Source: Spirochaetia bacterium
GTDB lineage: Bacteria > Spirochaetota > Spirochaetia > SZUA-6 > Bin103
Direction: 5' to 3'
Length of the DNA stretch: 64,000 nucleotides
Assembly: GCA_965198005.1 (NCBI GenBank)
Contig: CBDAOI010000004.1
Span: 384,001-448,000 of the forward strand
The position numbers were made by a program, and so were the translations under genes. Position 1 is the stretch's first letter, and each line of letters begins with the position of its first letter. This document shows positions 28,071-38,952 of the stretch, piece by piece. Below the pieces are notes generated by a model, which was not told the DNA's origin, made no database searches, and saw only the letters and a program-made list of their open reading frames with translations.

Positions 28071-29909
28071 ATGATGAAAATCTTTTTTGCAAGGACCTTC
28101 GCGATTGCGTTGGTCCTAGTTTTGACCGCAACCGGCCTCTGGGCCGCTGGCGCAGAAGAGGAGCCGGCAGCCGCTGCCGACAAGAGGTATGTGACCGACC
28201 CCGTCACCGGCAAGGCGGTGTCCGCGCCCCAGTACGGCGGGAAATTAACCTATGCCAATGTTGGGCACTTCAACGCCGCTGCTGGTTTTGACGCCTGGTT
28301 TAGGGCGAATGCACTTGCCGCCACCAGTGGCGTTGTAGAGAAACTGGGCATCGGGGACTGGGCAATAGATAGGGACACGTATCCCTTCATTGGCGGCACC
28401 TTACTGCCTCTAAACGCCATAAGGGGAGCGCTGGCGGAAAGCTGGGAGCAGCCCGACGACACAACCTATATCTTCCACATCCGCAAGGGCGTTAACTGGC
28501 ATGATAAGGCACCGATGAACGGGCGGGAGCTAACTGCCTATGATGTAGAACATACCTTTCACCGTTTATTGGGGAATAAGTTGACAGGGACCGAGTTCAG
28601 TGCAGCCGAACCTACTGAAAGGGCCGGTGACTTCGCAACTTTGCCTTGGGAATCGGTAACGGCCACCGACAAATATACGGTTGTCTTTAAGCTGAAGGAG
28701 CCATGGCGTAACGTCCTGGAGAGGATCTTGGACTGGTGGAACGGTGTTATACAGCCCCCCGAGGTAATCGAGCAATACGGGGACATGAAGGATTGGAGGA
28801 ATGTGGTCGGCACCGGGCCCTATATGATAACTGACTTCGTCGCCGACAGCTCTATAACCTATACCAAGAATCCTAACTACTGGGGCTTCGACGAAAAATA
28901 CCCGGAGAACCGTTTACCCTATATTGACGAGGTAGAGGCCCTTACTATCACGGAACCGGCAACAAGGCTGGCGGGACTGCGCACGGCTAAGCTCGATTTC
29001 GTAGGTTTCGCGGGCAACACTCAAATAATGGAGGTAGACCAGCTAGAGAGCCTCTTGCGGACCAACCCGGACCTCGTGGTGCATCCGTATTTATCCCGGT
29101 CCAATAATTGTGGTTTGATTAACGTGAGCAAGCCGCCCCTTGACGACGTCCGGGTGCGCCACGCACTGCAGATGGCAATTGACATGGAGGCAATCAACCG
29201 TGCCTTATATAACGGTGATGGGGATGCGATACCTCAGGGGTTTATAGGCAGGGTTTTCAAGGAGTATGTCGTCCCATTTGAAGAGTGGTCCGAAGAGCTC
29301 AAGGGATACTATACTTATGACGTGGCAGGGGCCGAGAAGCTGCTTGACGAGGCGGGATATCCTCGCGGTGCCGACGGCATTAGATTCAAGATCACGCGCA
29401 CCGTCCGGGATCTGTATGATTTGAGCTTTATAGAATTACAGGCAGAATACTGGCGTGAGATTGGCGTTGATGTGGATATTTTAGTACAGATAAGTGCGGA
29501 ATGGTTCGCTGGACAGCTATCTGGAGATTATGAGATAACTTCAGAATCGTGCGCTTCCGCGTCGTCTACCTTTGGTAACCCAGCCCTGCTGTTGTCATGG
29601 TATAGGAGCGACTGGGGCACCGCTTCGAATAGGAACTTCTCCGTCCGCGACGCGCAATATGACGCCTGGTGGGAAGCCCTGCTAGCTGCTACCACCGTTG
29701 AGGAGGAGATTAGGCTGGCGAAAGATTTGGGCATGCGCGCGATAGAGCAGCACTGGACGATCTGGGGGCTTATCTCCCCGCAGTATCAGGTGCACCAGCC
29801 GTGGGTGATAGGTTATAACGGCGAAGCCGGCATGGGAGGAAGCAATTACCTTACTATTTTCCCACGGCTCTGGATTGATAGTGAGCTGAAGGAGGCAATG
29901 GGTTATTAG
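28071..29909 (+). CDS. ABC substrate-binding protein, family 5 (close paralog of 5415-7238)
   Basis: Long identical stretches shared with SBP1. Confidence 0.93.
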   Translation: MMKIFFARTFAIALVLVLTATGLWAAGAEEEPAAAADKRYVTDPVTGKAVSAPQYGGKLTYANVGHFNAAAGFDAWFRANALAATSGVVEKLGIGDWAIDRDTYPFIGGTLLPLNAIRGALAESWEQPDDTTYIFHIRKGVNWHDKAPMNGRELTAYDVEHTFHRLLGNKLTGTEFSAAEPTERAGDFATLPWESVTATDKYTVVFKLKEPWRNVLERILDWWNGVIQPPEVIEQYGDMKDWRNVVGTGPYMITDFVADSSITYTKNPNYWGFDEKYPENRLPYIDEVEALTITEPATRLAGLRTAKLDFVGFAGNTQIMEVDQLESLLRTNPDLVVHPYLSRSNNCGLINVSKPPLDDVRVRHALQMAIDMEAINRALYNGDGDAIPQGFIGRVFKEYVVPFEEWSEELKGYYTYDVAGAEKLLDEAGYPRGADGIRFKITRTVRDLYDLSFIELQAEYWREIGVDVDILVQISAEWFAGQLSGDYEITSESCASASSTFGNPALLLSWYRSDWGTASNRNFSVRDAQYDAWWEALLAATTVEEEIRLAKDLGMRAIEQHWTIWGLISPQYQVHQPWVIGYNGEAGMGGSNYLTIFPRLWIDSELKEAMGY

Positions 29910-30149
29910 GGGTTACATCCCTTCTGGCTTAGCTCAGGGAAAAAGGGGGCTGGGAGGTTGTCGCTTCCGAGCGCGCTTCCCAGCTCCCTAACGTTTTGGA
30001 TAATGAGAGGAGGCCTTTATTACTGTCATTAGGAGGCTTGTCCTGAACCGAAGCTTTAACCCAAGTGAAGAGGCAGGGAAGGAACTTGAGGAAGCCCCGA
30101 TAGTCTACTGTCTCAGAAGTGCGCTTAACAAACAAAAAGCCTTCGGCGG

Positions 30150-30214
30150 CCCTTCGACGGGCTCAGGGCGAACGGAGTGTTGGATTTTCCCGTTCGTGGT
30201 GAGCCTGTCGAACC
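30150..30214. repeat. REP-like palindromic element
   Basis: TTCGACGGGCTCAGGGCGAACGG...CCGTTCGTGGTGAGCCTGTCGAA imperfect inverted repeat. Confidence 0.7.
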
Positions 30215-30352
30215 ACAGGCCCCCTCCAGAACACGATGCGCTTTATGCAACGAACTTCCGTGTCGGGACAATAGAATCAGGGCTCGCAATGACAAAAGAG
30301 GGTTGGCAACGACGAAAGAAATGGCGGGGGAAATCGCAATGAGGTGTGTCAC

Positions 30353-31360
30353 ATGAGAACCTATCTCATCAGGCGGTTATTGCTGATAATTCCCACCCTG
30401 TTTATCCTTACCATGCTGGTCTTTCTCTCGGTCCGCTTTCTCCCCGGCGATATAGTAGACGAAATGGTGGCTAGAGCAACGCAGTACAGCGGGCTGGTCG
30501 AGATTGACCGTGAAGCTGTTGAGCGTATGCTGGGATTAGACGTGCCTGTGCACGTGCAGTACGGACGCTGGATAGGAGTGTTGCCGACGCCTGTCTGGGT
30601 TACCGGTGAGTCCCACTACAACGGTCTCCTCCAGGGCACCTTTGGCGAATCACTGTTTGGCGGCGCTGTTTCGATAGAGGGGGAGATAATAGATAGACTA
30701 CCAGTAACCTTTGAGCTTGGTGTCCTGGCAATCGTGATCGGTTTCGTCATAGCCCTGCCGGTGGGCATCTACTCGGCGATTCGCCAGGATACGGCCGCCG
30801 ACTACGTGGGGCGCACCGCGGCCGTCATCGGCATGGCAATGCCTAACTTCTGGCTGGCCCTGATGGTCATGATCTTCCCGGCAATCTGGTGGGGCTGGTC
30901 GCCACCGCTGAAGCTGATTCCCTTCACCGAAGACCCGCTGGGGAACCTGGGGATGTTCCTCATTCCCAGCCTGATTCTGGGGACAGCCATGTCTGCCGGC
31001 ACCATGCGGATGACACGCACCATGATGCTGGAGGTGCTCAGGCAAGACTACGTCAGGACCGCCTGGTCCAAGGGTCTCAATGAGAGGGTGGTTATTATGA
31101 GGCACGCCGTCAAGAATGCTCTCATCCCGGTGGTTACGTTGATAGGCATGCAGTTGCCTATCCTGGTAGGCGGCTCCGTTATCATCGAGAATATATTCAA
31201 CCTGCCGGGGGTAGGTAGGTTATTTCTGACTGCCCTCAATAGTAGAGACTATCCGAGGATCCAAGGACTAAACCTGTTTATATCTGCATTCGTTATGCTT
31301 AACTTTCTACTTGTCGACATGATTTATCCTTATTTGGACCCCAGGATCCGATATAAATAG
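30353..31360 (+). CDS. DppB/OppB-like permease
   Basis: Conserved motifs; intact paralog of 7417-8426. Confidence 0.95.
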   Translation: MRTYLIRRLLLIIPTLFILTMLVFLSVRFLPGDIVDEMVARATQYSGLVEIDREAVERMLGLDVPVHVQYGRWIGVLPTPVWVTGESHYNGLLQGTFGESLFGGAVSIEGEIIDRLPVTFELGVLAIVIGFVIALPVGIYSAIRQDTAADYVGRTAAVIGMAMPNFWLALMVMIFPAIWWGWSPPLKLIPFTEDPLGNLGMFLIPSLILGTAMSAGTMRMTRTMMLEVLRQDYVRTAWSKGLNERVVIMRHAVKNALIPVVTLIGMQLPILVGGSVIIENIFNLPGVGRLFLTALNSRDYPRIQGLNLFISAFVMLNFLLVDMIYPYLDPRIRYK

Positions 31361-31378
31361 AAGGGACAAATCGACACT

Positions 31379-32299
31379 ATGAGTGATGACACACCAGTAA
31401 TCGAGCCAAATAGACGTTCCAGGCTGGCTGATTTATCTATCAGGCTGGTCAGGGAGAAGCGGCTCGGTACTGCCAGCGGGATTATCATATTGATATTGAT
31501 TCTTGTCAGTATCTTTGCCGATGCTGTGGCTCCTTATCCATATTATGAAGTGCACACGATAGACAGGCTGCAGGCCTCATCAGCCCAGTATCTGCTGGGT
31601 ACCGACCATTTGGGGCGAGACTTATTGAGCCGCATCATCGTCGGGGCTCGTCTTTCGTTAGTCGTCGGTCTTTCAGCGACCACTGTTAATGTTGTGGTCG
31701 CCGCAATAATAGGCGTCCCTTCGGGATACTTGGGCGGTAAGTATGACATCATAGTGCAGAGGTTTGTTGATGCTTGGATATCCTTCCCGGGACTGATCCT
31801 GTTGCTGACCATAATGTCGATAGTGGGGCGGGGTATCCCGCAGATAATTGTGGTCCTGGGGATATCAGGAGGCATCGGCACCTCAAGAGTAGTCAGGGGC
31901 GCCGTGATCGGCATTAAGGAGAATGACTATTTTCTGGCGGCCCCGGCAATTGGCAGCCGCGGCACCGCAACACTGATGCGGCATGTCCTGCCCAATATTA
32001 TGCCTGTCATGATCATCATATTCAGCATCAGCGTCGGGGGGGTGATTATTGCTGAAGCCTCTCTGAGCTTCCTGGGATTCGGTCTGCCAGTCAACATTCC
32101 TAGCTGGGGAGGTCTCCTCAGCCGGGAAGGGCGCAAGTACATGGAGGCGGCCCCATGGCTGGCTATCTGGCCCGGTCTTGCCCTGACTATTACCGTTTAC
32201 AGTTTCAACATGTTTGGCGACGCCCTCAGGGACCTGCTCGACCCGCGGCTGCGGGGTGGCGGTGGTGGTCTCGGTGCCGGAGCCGCCGGGTCGGTTTAA
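31379..32299 (+). CDS. DppC/OppC-like permease
   Basis: Conserved motifs. Confidence 0.95.
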   Translation: MSDDTPVIEPNRRSRLADLSIRLVREKRLGTASGIIILILILVSIFADAVAPYPYYEVHTIDRLQASSAQYLLGTDHLGRDLLSRIIVGARLSLVVGLSATTVNVVVAAIIGVPSGYLGGKYDIIVQRFVDAWISFPGLILLLTIMSIVGRGIPQIIVVLGISGGIGTSRVVRGAVIGIKENDYFLAAPAIGSRGTATLMRHVLPNIMPVMIIIFSISVGGVIIAEASLSFLGFGLPVNIPSWGGLLSREGRKYMEAAPWLAIWPGLALTITVYSFNMFGDALRDLLDPRLRGGGGGLGAGAAGSV

Positions 32300-32647
32300 G
32301 AGAGCCCGCATAGGGGCCACGCGCCTGCGCGAGGGCGTCCGCCCACCCCCGACCGACCAACGTGCGACCCGGGGCGGCGCTAGATCTCTTCGCGCTCGAT
32401 CACACCGCCGCCGGCATCCTTCAGTTCCGCCACCCGCGCGCCGACCCGCGGGTGTGCGCGAACGAAGTTCGCGGCGCCGACCGGGAACTCCCGCGGTATC
32501 ACGCCGGAGGTCCGGTGACCTCCACCCGTGGCTCCATCCAGGCGATGGCCTCGATCGAGTCCAAGTCGTGAAGAGCTTCCGGCGCGAGATCACTATCGCC
32601 ACACGGTGGCTGTTGCCGAGTGGATGGTGTGGCCATAGACTGTGGCC

Positions 32648-32911
32648 ATGGATGTAAAAGACCACACTGTCGCCGCGGGTGAATTCAAGCAGCGGTGTCT
32701 GGCGCTGCTCGATGCGGTGGCCGAGAGCCATGAGCCGCTCACGATCACCAAGCACGGCAAACCGGTGGCGCGCCTCGTCCCCCTCGAGTCTGACGCGGAG
32801 ACCGAGCGCCGGATCCTGGAGCAGCTACGCGCCGGAGATGGGGCGGTGCTGGTCGACGAGGCGACGTTTCTGCAACCGACGGCGAGCCTTGCCGGCTGGA
32901 AGGCAGATTGA
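32648..32911 (+). CDS. Phd/YefM-family antitoxin
   Basis: 'AGEFKQRCLALLDAV....EPLTITKHGKPVARLVP'; upstream TTGCCG-N17-TAGACT with two TGGCCA palindromes. Confidence 0.9.
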   Translation: MDVKDHTVAAGEFKQRCLALLDAVAESHEPLTITKHGKPVARLVPLESDAETERRILEQLRAGDGAVLVDEATFLQPTASLAGWKAD

Positions 32912-33294
32912 TCACCCTCGACACGCACACGGCCGTCTGGTGGACCCAGGATCCGGATGCTCTGAGCGCCTCGGCAACGGCAGCCCTGGCTCGGGCGCAG
33001 CAGATTCTCATTCCCGCAATCGTGTTCTGGGAGGTGGCGCTCCTGGTCCGCAAGGGACGACTCCGCTTGAGTGGGAAACAACCCCCCGGTGCGTGGGCGC
33101 GCCAGCTTCTGGCGATCCCACGGGTTCGCGAGGTTCCACTCGATCATGCGCTCGCGATAGCCGCCGATGCCGCCGATATGCATTTGGACCCGGCGGACCG
33201 CTTCATTGCCACGACCTCCATCTCCCACGACGCGCCACTGGTAACCAAGGATAAGCTGATGCGCGATCTCGGATGGCTGAATACGGTTTGGTGA
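32908..33294 (+). CDS. vapC: VapC PIN-domain toxin
   Basis: 'LDTH..VWW', 'WEVALL', 'DPADRFI', 'LVTKD'. Confidence 0.9.
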   Translation: MITLDTHTAVWWTQDPDALSASATAALARAQQILIPAIVFWEVALLVRKGRLRLSGKQPPGAWARQLLAIPRVREVPLDHALAIAADAADMHLDPADRFIATTSISHDAPLVTKDKLMRDLGWLNTVW

Positions 33295-33392
33295 GTCAAA
33301 GGCACAGCCGCCCCCGGATGCCGATGGAGACGTGCTCTGCATCTTGACCCTCGCGTCTTGTGTCCTTGGGCCCGCGCCATGGCGCGCGTAGG

Positions 33393-34085
33393 TCACTCTA
33401 CCTCGACCGCCGCCCGGAGCGCCGCCGCCAACGAGCCGTGGTTGACGATGCCCGCGATACGCTCAGCCATCATATAGGTCGTCGCCTGCGTGTTTGCCCG
33501 CGGGCAATCCGGCATCAGGCTCGCGTCCACCACGCGCAGGCCCCTCGCCCCGAGCACTTTCCCGTCTTCGTCGCACACGGCCGTCGGGTCGGCGGGATCG
33601 CCCATTCGACACGAGCTGCTCTGGTGGTGCGACGTAATGACGTGCCTCTCGACCCAGTCGTCGAGGGCGGCGTCGGACGACTCGGCCGTCACCTCGTCCT
33701 CGGCCGGCACGATCGGACCTTCGAGGACAGTCGCCATCTCCGTGGAGGCGGCGAGCCGCAGCGCCAAGCGCAGGCCCTCGCGAAGGCGTACGCGATCGGC
33801 AGGATGCTCCAACCAGCCCATCTCGATCACGGGCATGGCCTCCATGTTTGGTGCGCCGTCTGCGAAGGGGGCCGGCATCTTCAGCGTGCCCGCGCTGAGC
33901 TCGAGCATGAGGGTCGGAATGATGACGAAAACGCGGTGGCCGGAAGAGTTGTGCCCGGCCAAGCGCTCGACCTCGCCCGCCTGGCTCTGCAGCGGTCCCA
34001 GGAAAAACAGCATGTCGTTCCTCATGGGCTCCATCCCGTCGAGCGCGTCTGCGGTGTACCGAAGGTACATCGGCATGGGGTGCGC
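33393..34085 (-). pseudogene. C-terminal fragment of a GMC oxidoreductase
   Basis: 'HQSSSCRMG...V.G..GLRVVDASLMP..PRANT..T.YMMAERIA'; FAD-binding N-terminus absent. Confidence 0.85.
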
Positions 34086-34094
34086 GGAGCCGTC

Positions 34095-34275
34095 GACGCT
34101 TGTACGCCCTGTGCGTTCGGCTGTTTCAGGAACACGGCATCGCGGTGGCAACCGACGGCGGCTTTCAAATCAGGGCGTTTGACGCCACCACCGTGAAGGA
34201 ACCGGGCAAGACCGGAGCGCTGTGGCGCATCCACTGGAGCGTATGCCTGCCGTCGCTGGCGTGCGACTTCTCTCG
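34095..34275 (+). pseudogene. IS4-family transposase fragment
   Basis: 'IRAFDATTVKEPGKTGALWRIHWS..LP.L.CDF'. Confidence 0.6.
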
Positions 34276-34539
34276 CCCTCAAGACTTTTCTGTAGAGGAT
34301 CTTGCAAAAGCTATGGAGCGGTGAGGAGGAAGTCGGGAACGTGAGCACAAGAGGACCGATTTTGTCGCATTTGCTTGGTTGGATACGCCGTCAGGGCGTC
34401 TGCGGCACCTCGAATTGGTCAGAATCCGCCAGAATCCGCAGTTCATGCGGCGTCCATGGCAGCGCGCGGACACAACTGTCCCGTGTCTCCTGCTGAGATC
34501 GGCTTGGTCCGGTAGTACGCGGGCGGAACGAAGTCGGGT

Positions 34540-34872
34540 TCAGTTCACGAAGCGCAGCAACTGATCCACGGTCAACGCCAGGATGCCGAACATCAGGTGG
34601 CACAGCACCTTGCTGTGCCCGCGCACGCGTACCTGACGGGCACCGAATTCGTCCTTCAGCCGACCGTTGACGCGCTCGACCGTCGACCGCTCCCGGTAGC
34701 GCACACCCTTGGCGTACATCTGGCCGAGCGTGCGCCGCGCCTTCGCCTCCTGCTGCAGGTCTCGCTTGAGTGCGGCACTGTTGCGGGGATTGACATCGAT
34801 GATCGGCACATGTCCGAGCGACTCGCTGTGGGCTCTGATCTCGGCGGCATCATAGGCCGCGTCCATCAGGTC
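34540..34872 (-). pseudogene. C-terminal DDE transposase fragment (IS5/IS1182-like)
   Basis: 'MDAAYD...YRERSTVERVNGRLKDEFG...VRVRG'. Confidence 0.75.
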
Positions 34873-34983
34873 GTCCATCGCCGAACCGGCATGCTGGCCG
34901 CCCACGTCCTTCCAGGCGACCGCAACCGTCCCGGATCCCCGCCCGCGACTAACTGCCCGCAAAACCCACCGCCTGCGTTGGCG

Positions 34984-35456
34984 GCGGGAGTTCATGGGCA
35001 CCCCGTAGTAGCGCAGGTGCCCACCCACAACCGAGCGCAGCCAGCTTCCCATCTCCGGGACCGGATCGTGCAGGCGCCGCCGAAGCTCGGTCTTCACCTG
35101 CCCCAGCTTGGCCTGCAACCGCTTCCGCATCGTCTGCCTGAGCACCGTACACCGTCCGTCGCTCCTCTTCGTCGCGCAGATGTGCGTGAACCCCAGGAAG
35201 TCGAAGGTCTCCGGCTTGCCCTGACCTCGACGCCTGCGGTTCTCAGCCGCGAACGGCCCGAACTCGATCAGGCGCGTTTTGTCAGGATGCAGCTCCAAGG
35301 CGAACTTGCTGAACCTCTCGGTCAGCTCCGCCCGACACCGCTCGGCATCCGAGCGGTGTCGGAATCCGACGACGATGTCATCCGCGTAGCGCACGACGAT
35401 CACCTCGCCACGCGCCTGCGTCTGCCGCCAGCGCCGGACCCACAGGTCGAACACGT
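34984..35456 (-). pseudogene. Internal fragment of a second, diverged group II intron RT
   Basis: Aligns to 26205-26677 including YADD, with several substitutions. Confidence 0.9.
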
Positions 35457-35559
35457 GTACTGTTTGAACATGTTCGGCGACGCGGTGCGGGATCTGCTTG
35501 ACCCGAGGCTCAGGGGTGGCGGTGGTGCTCTCGGTGCCGGAGCCGCCGGGTCGGTTTAA
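35457..35559 (+). pseudogene. 3' tip of a dppC-like gene
   Basis: 'YCLNMFGDAVRDLLDPRLRGGGGALGAGAAGSV*'. Confidence 0.85.
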
Positions 35560-35655
35560 GGAGAGCGCGCCTGCGGCGGCCTAGGAGCCACGCGCCTGCG
35601 CCCGGGCGGCCGTCCAGCCCAGTCAGCAAGGCGAGGTGCGACGGATCGGGCCCAG

Positions 35656-36287
35656 TAGCAAGCTTGCCTCGCCTGGGGTCGGACGGATCGGAGATGAAGC
35701 GCCATGACTACGCGCCAGGATGGCGGCAGCGCAGTGGCCGGTGGCCGGTCATGTTCGGTGACGTCCGAGTCGTTGACAGGGTGGTCGCGCCCACGCTATC
35801 ATGCTTGGCTTGGGGCGACGGATGCCGATGAAGCGCTATGAAGACCGTCAGCGCGGTGACCGGTTGGCGGTGACGTTCGGTGACCGCGGTGACCGCTGAG
35901 TCGTTGACAGGCGCGCCGCGCCTATGCTAGCGTGCCTCGCCTGGGGTTTCGACGGATGCAGATGGAGCGCCAGGATGGCGGCAGCGCAGTGGCCGGTTGG
36001 CCGTGATGACCTCCGATGGGTTGACAGGGTGGGCCGCGGCCATGCAAGCTTGCCTCGCTTGGGGTCGGACGGAACGGTGATGACGCGTCATGACGACAGT
36101 CAGCGCAGTGGCCGGTTAGCGGTCACGTTCGGTGACCTCCGGGTCATTGACAGGTTTCCGGCCGCATGCGACGGTTCACCGCTCCGGGTTGGATGGATGA
36201 GGCGCCAGGATGGCATGATGCGACATGACGCGCCAGGATGGCGTAAGCGCTGTAGCCGGTTGGCGGTGACGCGACCGGTGGATCATA
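35656..36287 (+). repeat. Degenerate ~125-bp tandem repeat array C (~5 units)
   Basis: Same unit as arrays A and B, more diverged. Confidence 0.85.
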
Positions 36288-36306
36288 CCCCCCCCCCCCC
36301 CCCCCC

Positions 36307-36800
36307 TCACATTACGAACCGAGAAACAACTCACCGCTCCGGCTGATCGCGTACGCGTACGCGACCCCGCGCACACCGTCGCCTTCACCACCGCCGTAGC
36401 TATCGGTGGCGCCCGCTCGGTCCATCGCCGAACCGGCATGCTGGCCGCCCGCGTCCTTCCAGGCGACCGCAACCGTCCCGGATCCCCGCCCGCGACTAAC
36501 TGCGCGCAAAACCCACCGCCTGCGTTGGCGGCCATTCAGACTCACTGCTGCTCAGACCACCGCCACGCGTGGCGTCGTAACGCAGATCCCGACGTAAATC
36601 TAGAGAAGAAGGAGGTTCGAATGATACTCAAAGAACCGCACGCGCGCGCGGCGTGAGCCGGGGTGAACCCGTTGAGTCACACGCCGCGCGCTTTTAGTGA
36701 ATTTGACTCAGACTGGTCGCCCGCGTTGCGGGCCCGAGAGTAGCCAGGGAGCGGCAATCCGCTACGCAATACTCTCGAAATAACATTCAAGGAAGAAACG
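36307..36800 (+). promoter_or_regulatory. SBP leader copy 4 (intact intron target site)
   Basis: Aligns to 4901-5414; preceded by a C19 tract. Confidence 0.75.
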
Positions 36801-38606
36801 ATGAAGATATTTTTTGCAAGGACCTTCGCGATTGCGTTGGTCCTGATTCTGAGCGCAACCGGCCTGTGGGCCGGTGGCGCGGAAGAGGAGCCGGCAGCCG
36901 CTGCCGACAAGAAGTATGTGACCGACCCCACCACCGGCGAGGTGGTGGTAGCACCAGAGTATGGCGGGACAATAACCTTCGCCACGCCAGAGAATCCGAT
37001 TGGTACTGACATCCTGGTCGGAGTTGCAGGCTCAATCGTACAAGCCCTAATCGATCCCGTCATCGAGAAGCTGGGCATGGCGGACTGGGCAGCGCCCAGG
37101 GACAAATTCGACTTCTTCAATGGCTTCCCCCCTCCAGAATACACGAGAGGGGCTCTGGCGGAAAGCTGGTCGCAGCCCGACCCACTCACTGTTATCGTCA
37201 ACGTCCGCCAAGGCGTTCGGTGGCATGATAAGCCGCCGATGAACGGTCGGGAGCTGACCGCCCAGGACGTAGAGTTCAACTTTCACCGGCAGCTTGGCAT
37301 GGGCAGCGGTTTCACCGAGCCTGCCGAAACTCTTACTTATGGTTTCATGTGGCCAGGTGTGAAAGTGGAATCGGTAACGGCAACCGACAAATCGACGGTC
37401 GTCTTCAAGCTGCAGGAGCCAGCGCTCACTATTCTGGATGCTATCCTCAACGAAATAGGCGGCTTTATATACCCCCCCGAAGTGATCAAGGAACACGGAG
37501 ACGCGAACGACTGGAGGAACCTGGTCGGCACCGGACCCATGATGCTGACCGACTGGGTCGAAGGCAGCTCTTGGACCTGGGACAAGAATCCTGACTACTG
37601 GGGCTACGACGAAAAATACCCGGAGAACCGCTTGCCCTATATTGACCAGTTAAGGGCACTAGTTATGACGGAACCGGCAACACGTCTGGCGGGGCTGCGC
37701 ACGGGTCAGCTTGATTTATCAGGGTTTGGGCAACTATCGACTCTCGAGCAGGTAGAAAGCCTACTGAAGACCAACCCCGGAATCCGGATATGGCCGAATG
37801 CCGGTGCGTCGACTCATAGTGTTGGCCTGAACGTTCAGGTGGAGCCGTTTGACGACATCAGGGTGCGCAAGGCACTGCAGATGGCAATCAACCTCGAGGA
37901 GATCAACAACGCCTACTATAAGGGTTATGCCGATATCATCCCTCAGGGGCAGCTGAGCCGGTTTGTTTCAGAGGCTGTCATCCAATTCGAAGATTGGCCC
38001 GAAGATGTCAAGAAGGTCTTTGACTACGACCCGGAAGCTGCCGAAGCGTTGCTTGATGAGGCTGGATACAAGCGGGGCGCCGACGGGATGAGATTTAGGA
38101 CTGACATTATGCACTACGCCCCGCGCGATTTGAACTACACGCAACTGCTCCTTTCATACTTGAAAAAGATTGGTGTCGACGTAGAGATTGATGTACAGGA
38201 AAGGGCGGGGTTTGGCCCTAGAAGAACTTCGAGAGACTTTAGAATGATGATGGCAGGGGAATCGGCCGGGAAAGTGTCCCCATTGGGTTGGGCTGGGGGC
38301 ATACGCTATTTGGCGGAAACTCAATGGAACTCCTCCAATGTCAACGACCCCTGGTATGAAGCCAAGTATAAGGAGAAGCAAGCCGCTACCACCATGGAGG
38401 AAGTTAACAGCGTAACGAAAGAGCTGAATCAGTATGCGATCGAGCAGTTCTGGACGCTATTTAGTCCTATCGCCCCGTCCTTTTCGGCGAGCCAGCCGTG
38501 GGTCATAGGTTATAACGGCGAGGCGTGGTTGGGAGAAAATCGACTTCAATCCATTTTCACCCGCCTCTGGATTGATAGTGCGCTGAAGGAAGCAATGGGT
38601 TATTAG
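36801..38606 (+). CDS. ABC substrate-binding protein, family 5
   Basis: Conserved SBP motifs. Confidence 0.93.
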   Translation: MKIFFARTFAIALVLILSATGLWAGGAEEEPAAAADKKYVTDPTTGEVVVAPEYGGTITFATPENPIGTDILVGVAGSIVQALIDPVIEKLGMADWAAPRDKFDFFNGFPPPEYTRGALAESWSQPDPLTVIVNVRQGVRWHDKPPMNGRELTAQDVEFNFHRQLGMGSGFTEPAETLTYGFMWPGVKVESVTATDKSTVVFKLQEPALTILDAILNEIGGFIYPPEVIKEHGDANDWRNLVGTGPMMLTDWVEGSSWTWDKNPDYWGYDEKYPENRLPYIDQLRALVMTEPATRLAGLRTGQLDLSGFGQLSTLEQVESLLKTNPGIRIWPNAGASTHSVGLNVQVEPFDDIRVRKALQMAINLEEINNAYYKGYADIIPQGQLSRFVSEAVIQFEDWPEDVKKVFDYDPEAAEALLDEAGYKRGADGMRFRTDIMHYAPRDLNYTQLLLSYLKKIGVDVEIDVQERAGFGPRRTSRDFRMMMAGESAGKVSPLGWAGGIRYLAETQWNSSNVNDPWYEAKYKEKQAATTMEEVNSVTKELNQYAIEQFWTLFSPIAPSFSASQPWVIGYNGEAWLGENRLQSIFTRLWIDSALKEAMGY

Positions 38607-38952
38607 GGGTTATGAGCAGCCGACAAGACTGCATTCCAGCCGGGGAAGGACCGGCCGTACCAATTACCCGGTTCGGGTACGTAGTGATGCCACAGTTCGT
38701 GTTGGGTAACCGCACGATAGCTGCGTGGTGTATAAGGCCCTGCCGCTTTGTCAGGCACGGGACTACAAGGTGGGGGCATCCAGAGGGTCGAGCGAGCACA
38801 GGAGCCTGAACATAAAGGAATGTCACGGCTTGCGCGCGCCGCGATTCTACCCGGCCACCCCTTGTGGCTTAGCTCAGGGAAAAAGGGAGCTGGGAGGTTC
38901 AAACCTCCTGGCTCCCATACACCATGTCATTTGCGAGGCGCGCTCCCTCACT

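Noticed and set aside
25980-29909. Diversity-generating retroelement acting on the SBPs
   Set aside because: The RT is a group II intron type inside ribozyme domains; SBP differences are not adenine-specific and no TR/VR pair was seen
34540-35454. Novel RT-transposase fusion protein (304 aa)
   Set aside because: A chance in-frame join of an intron fragment, antisense leader DNA and a transposase tail
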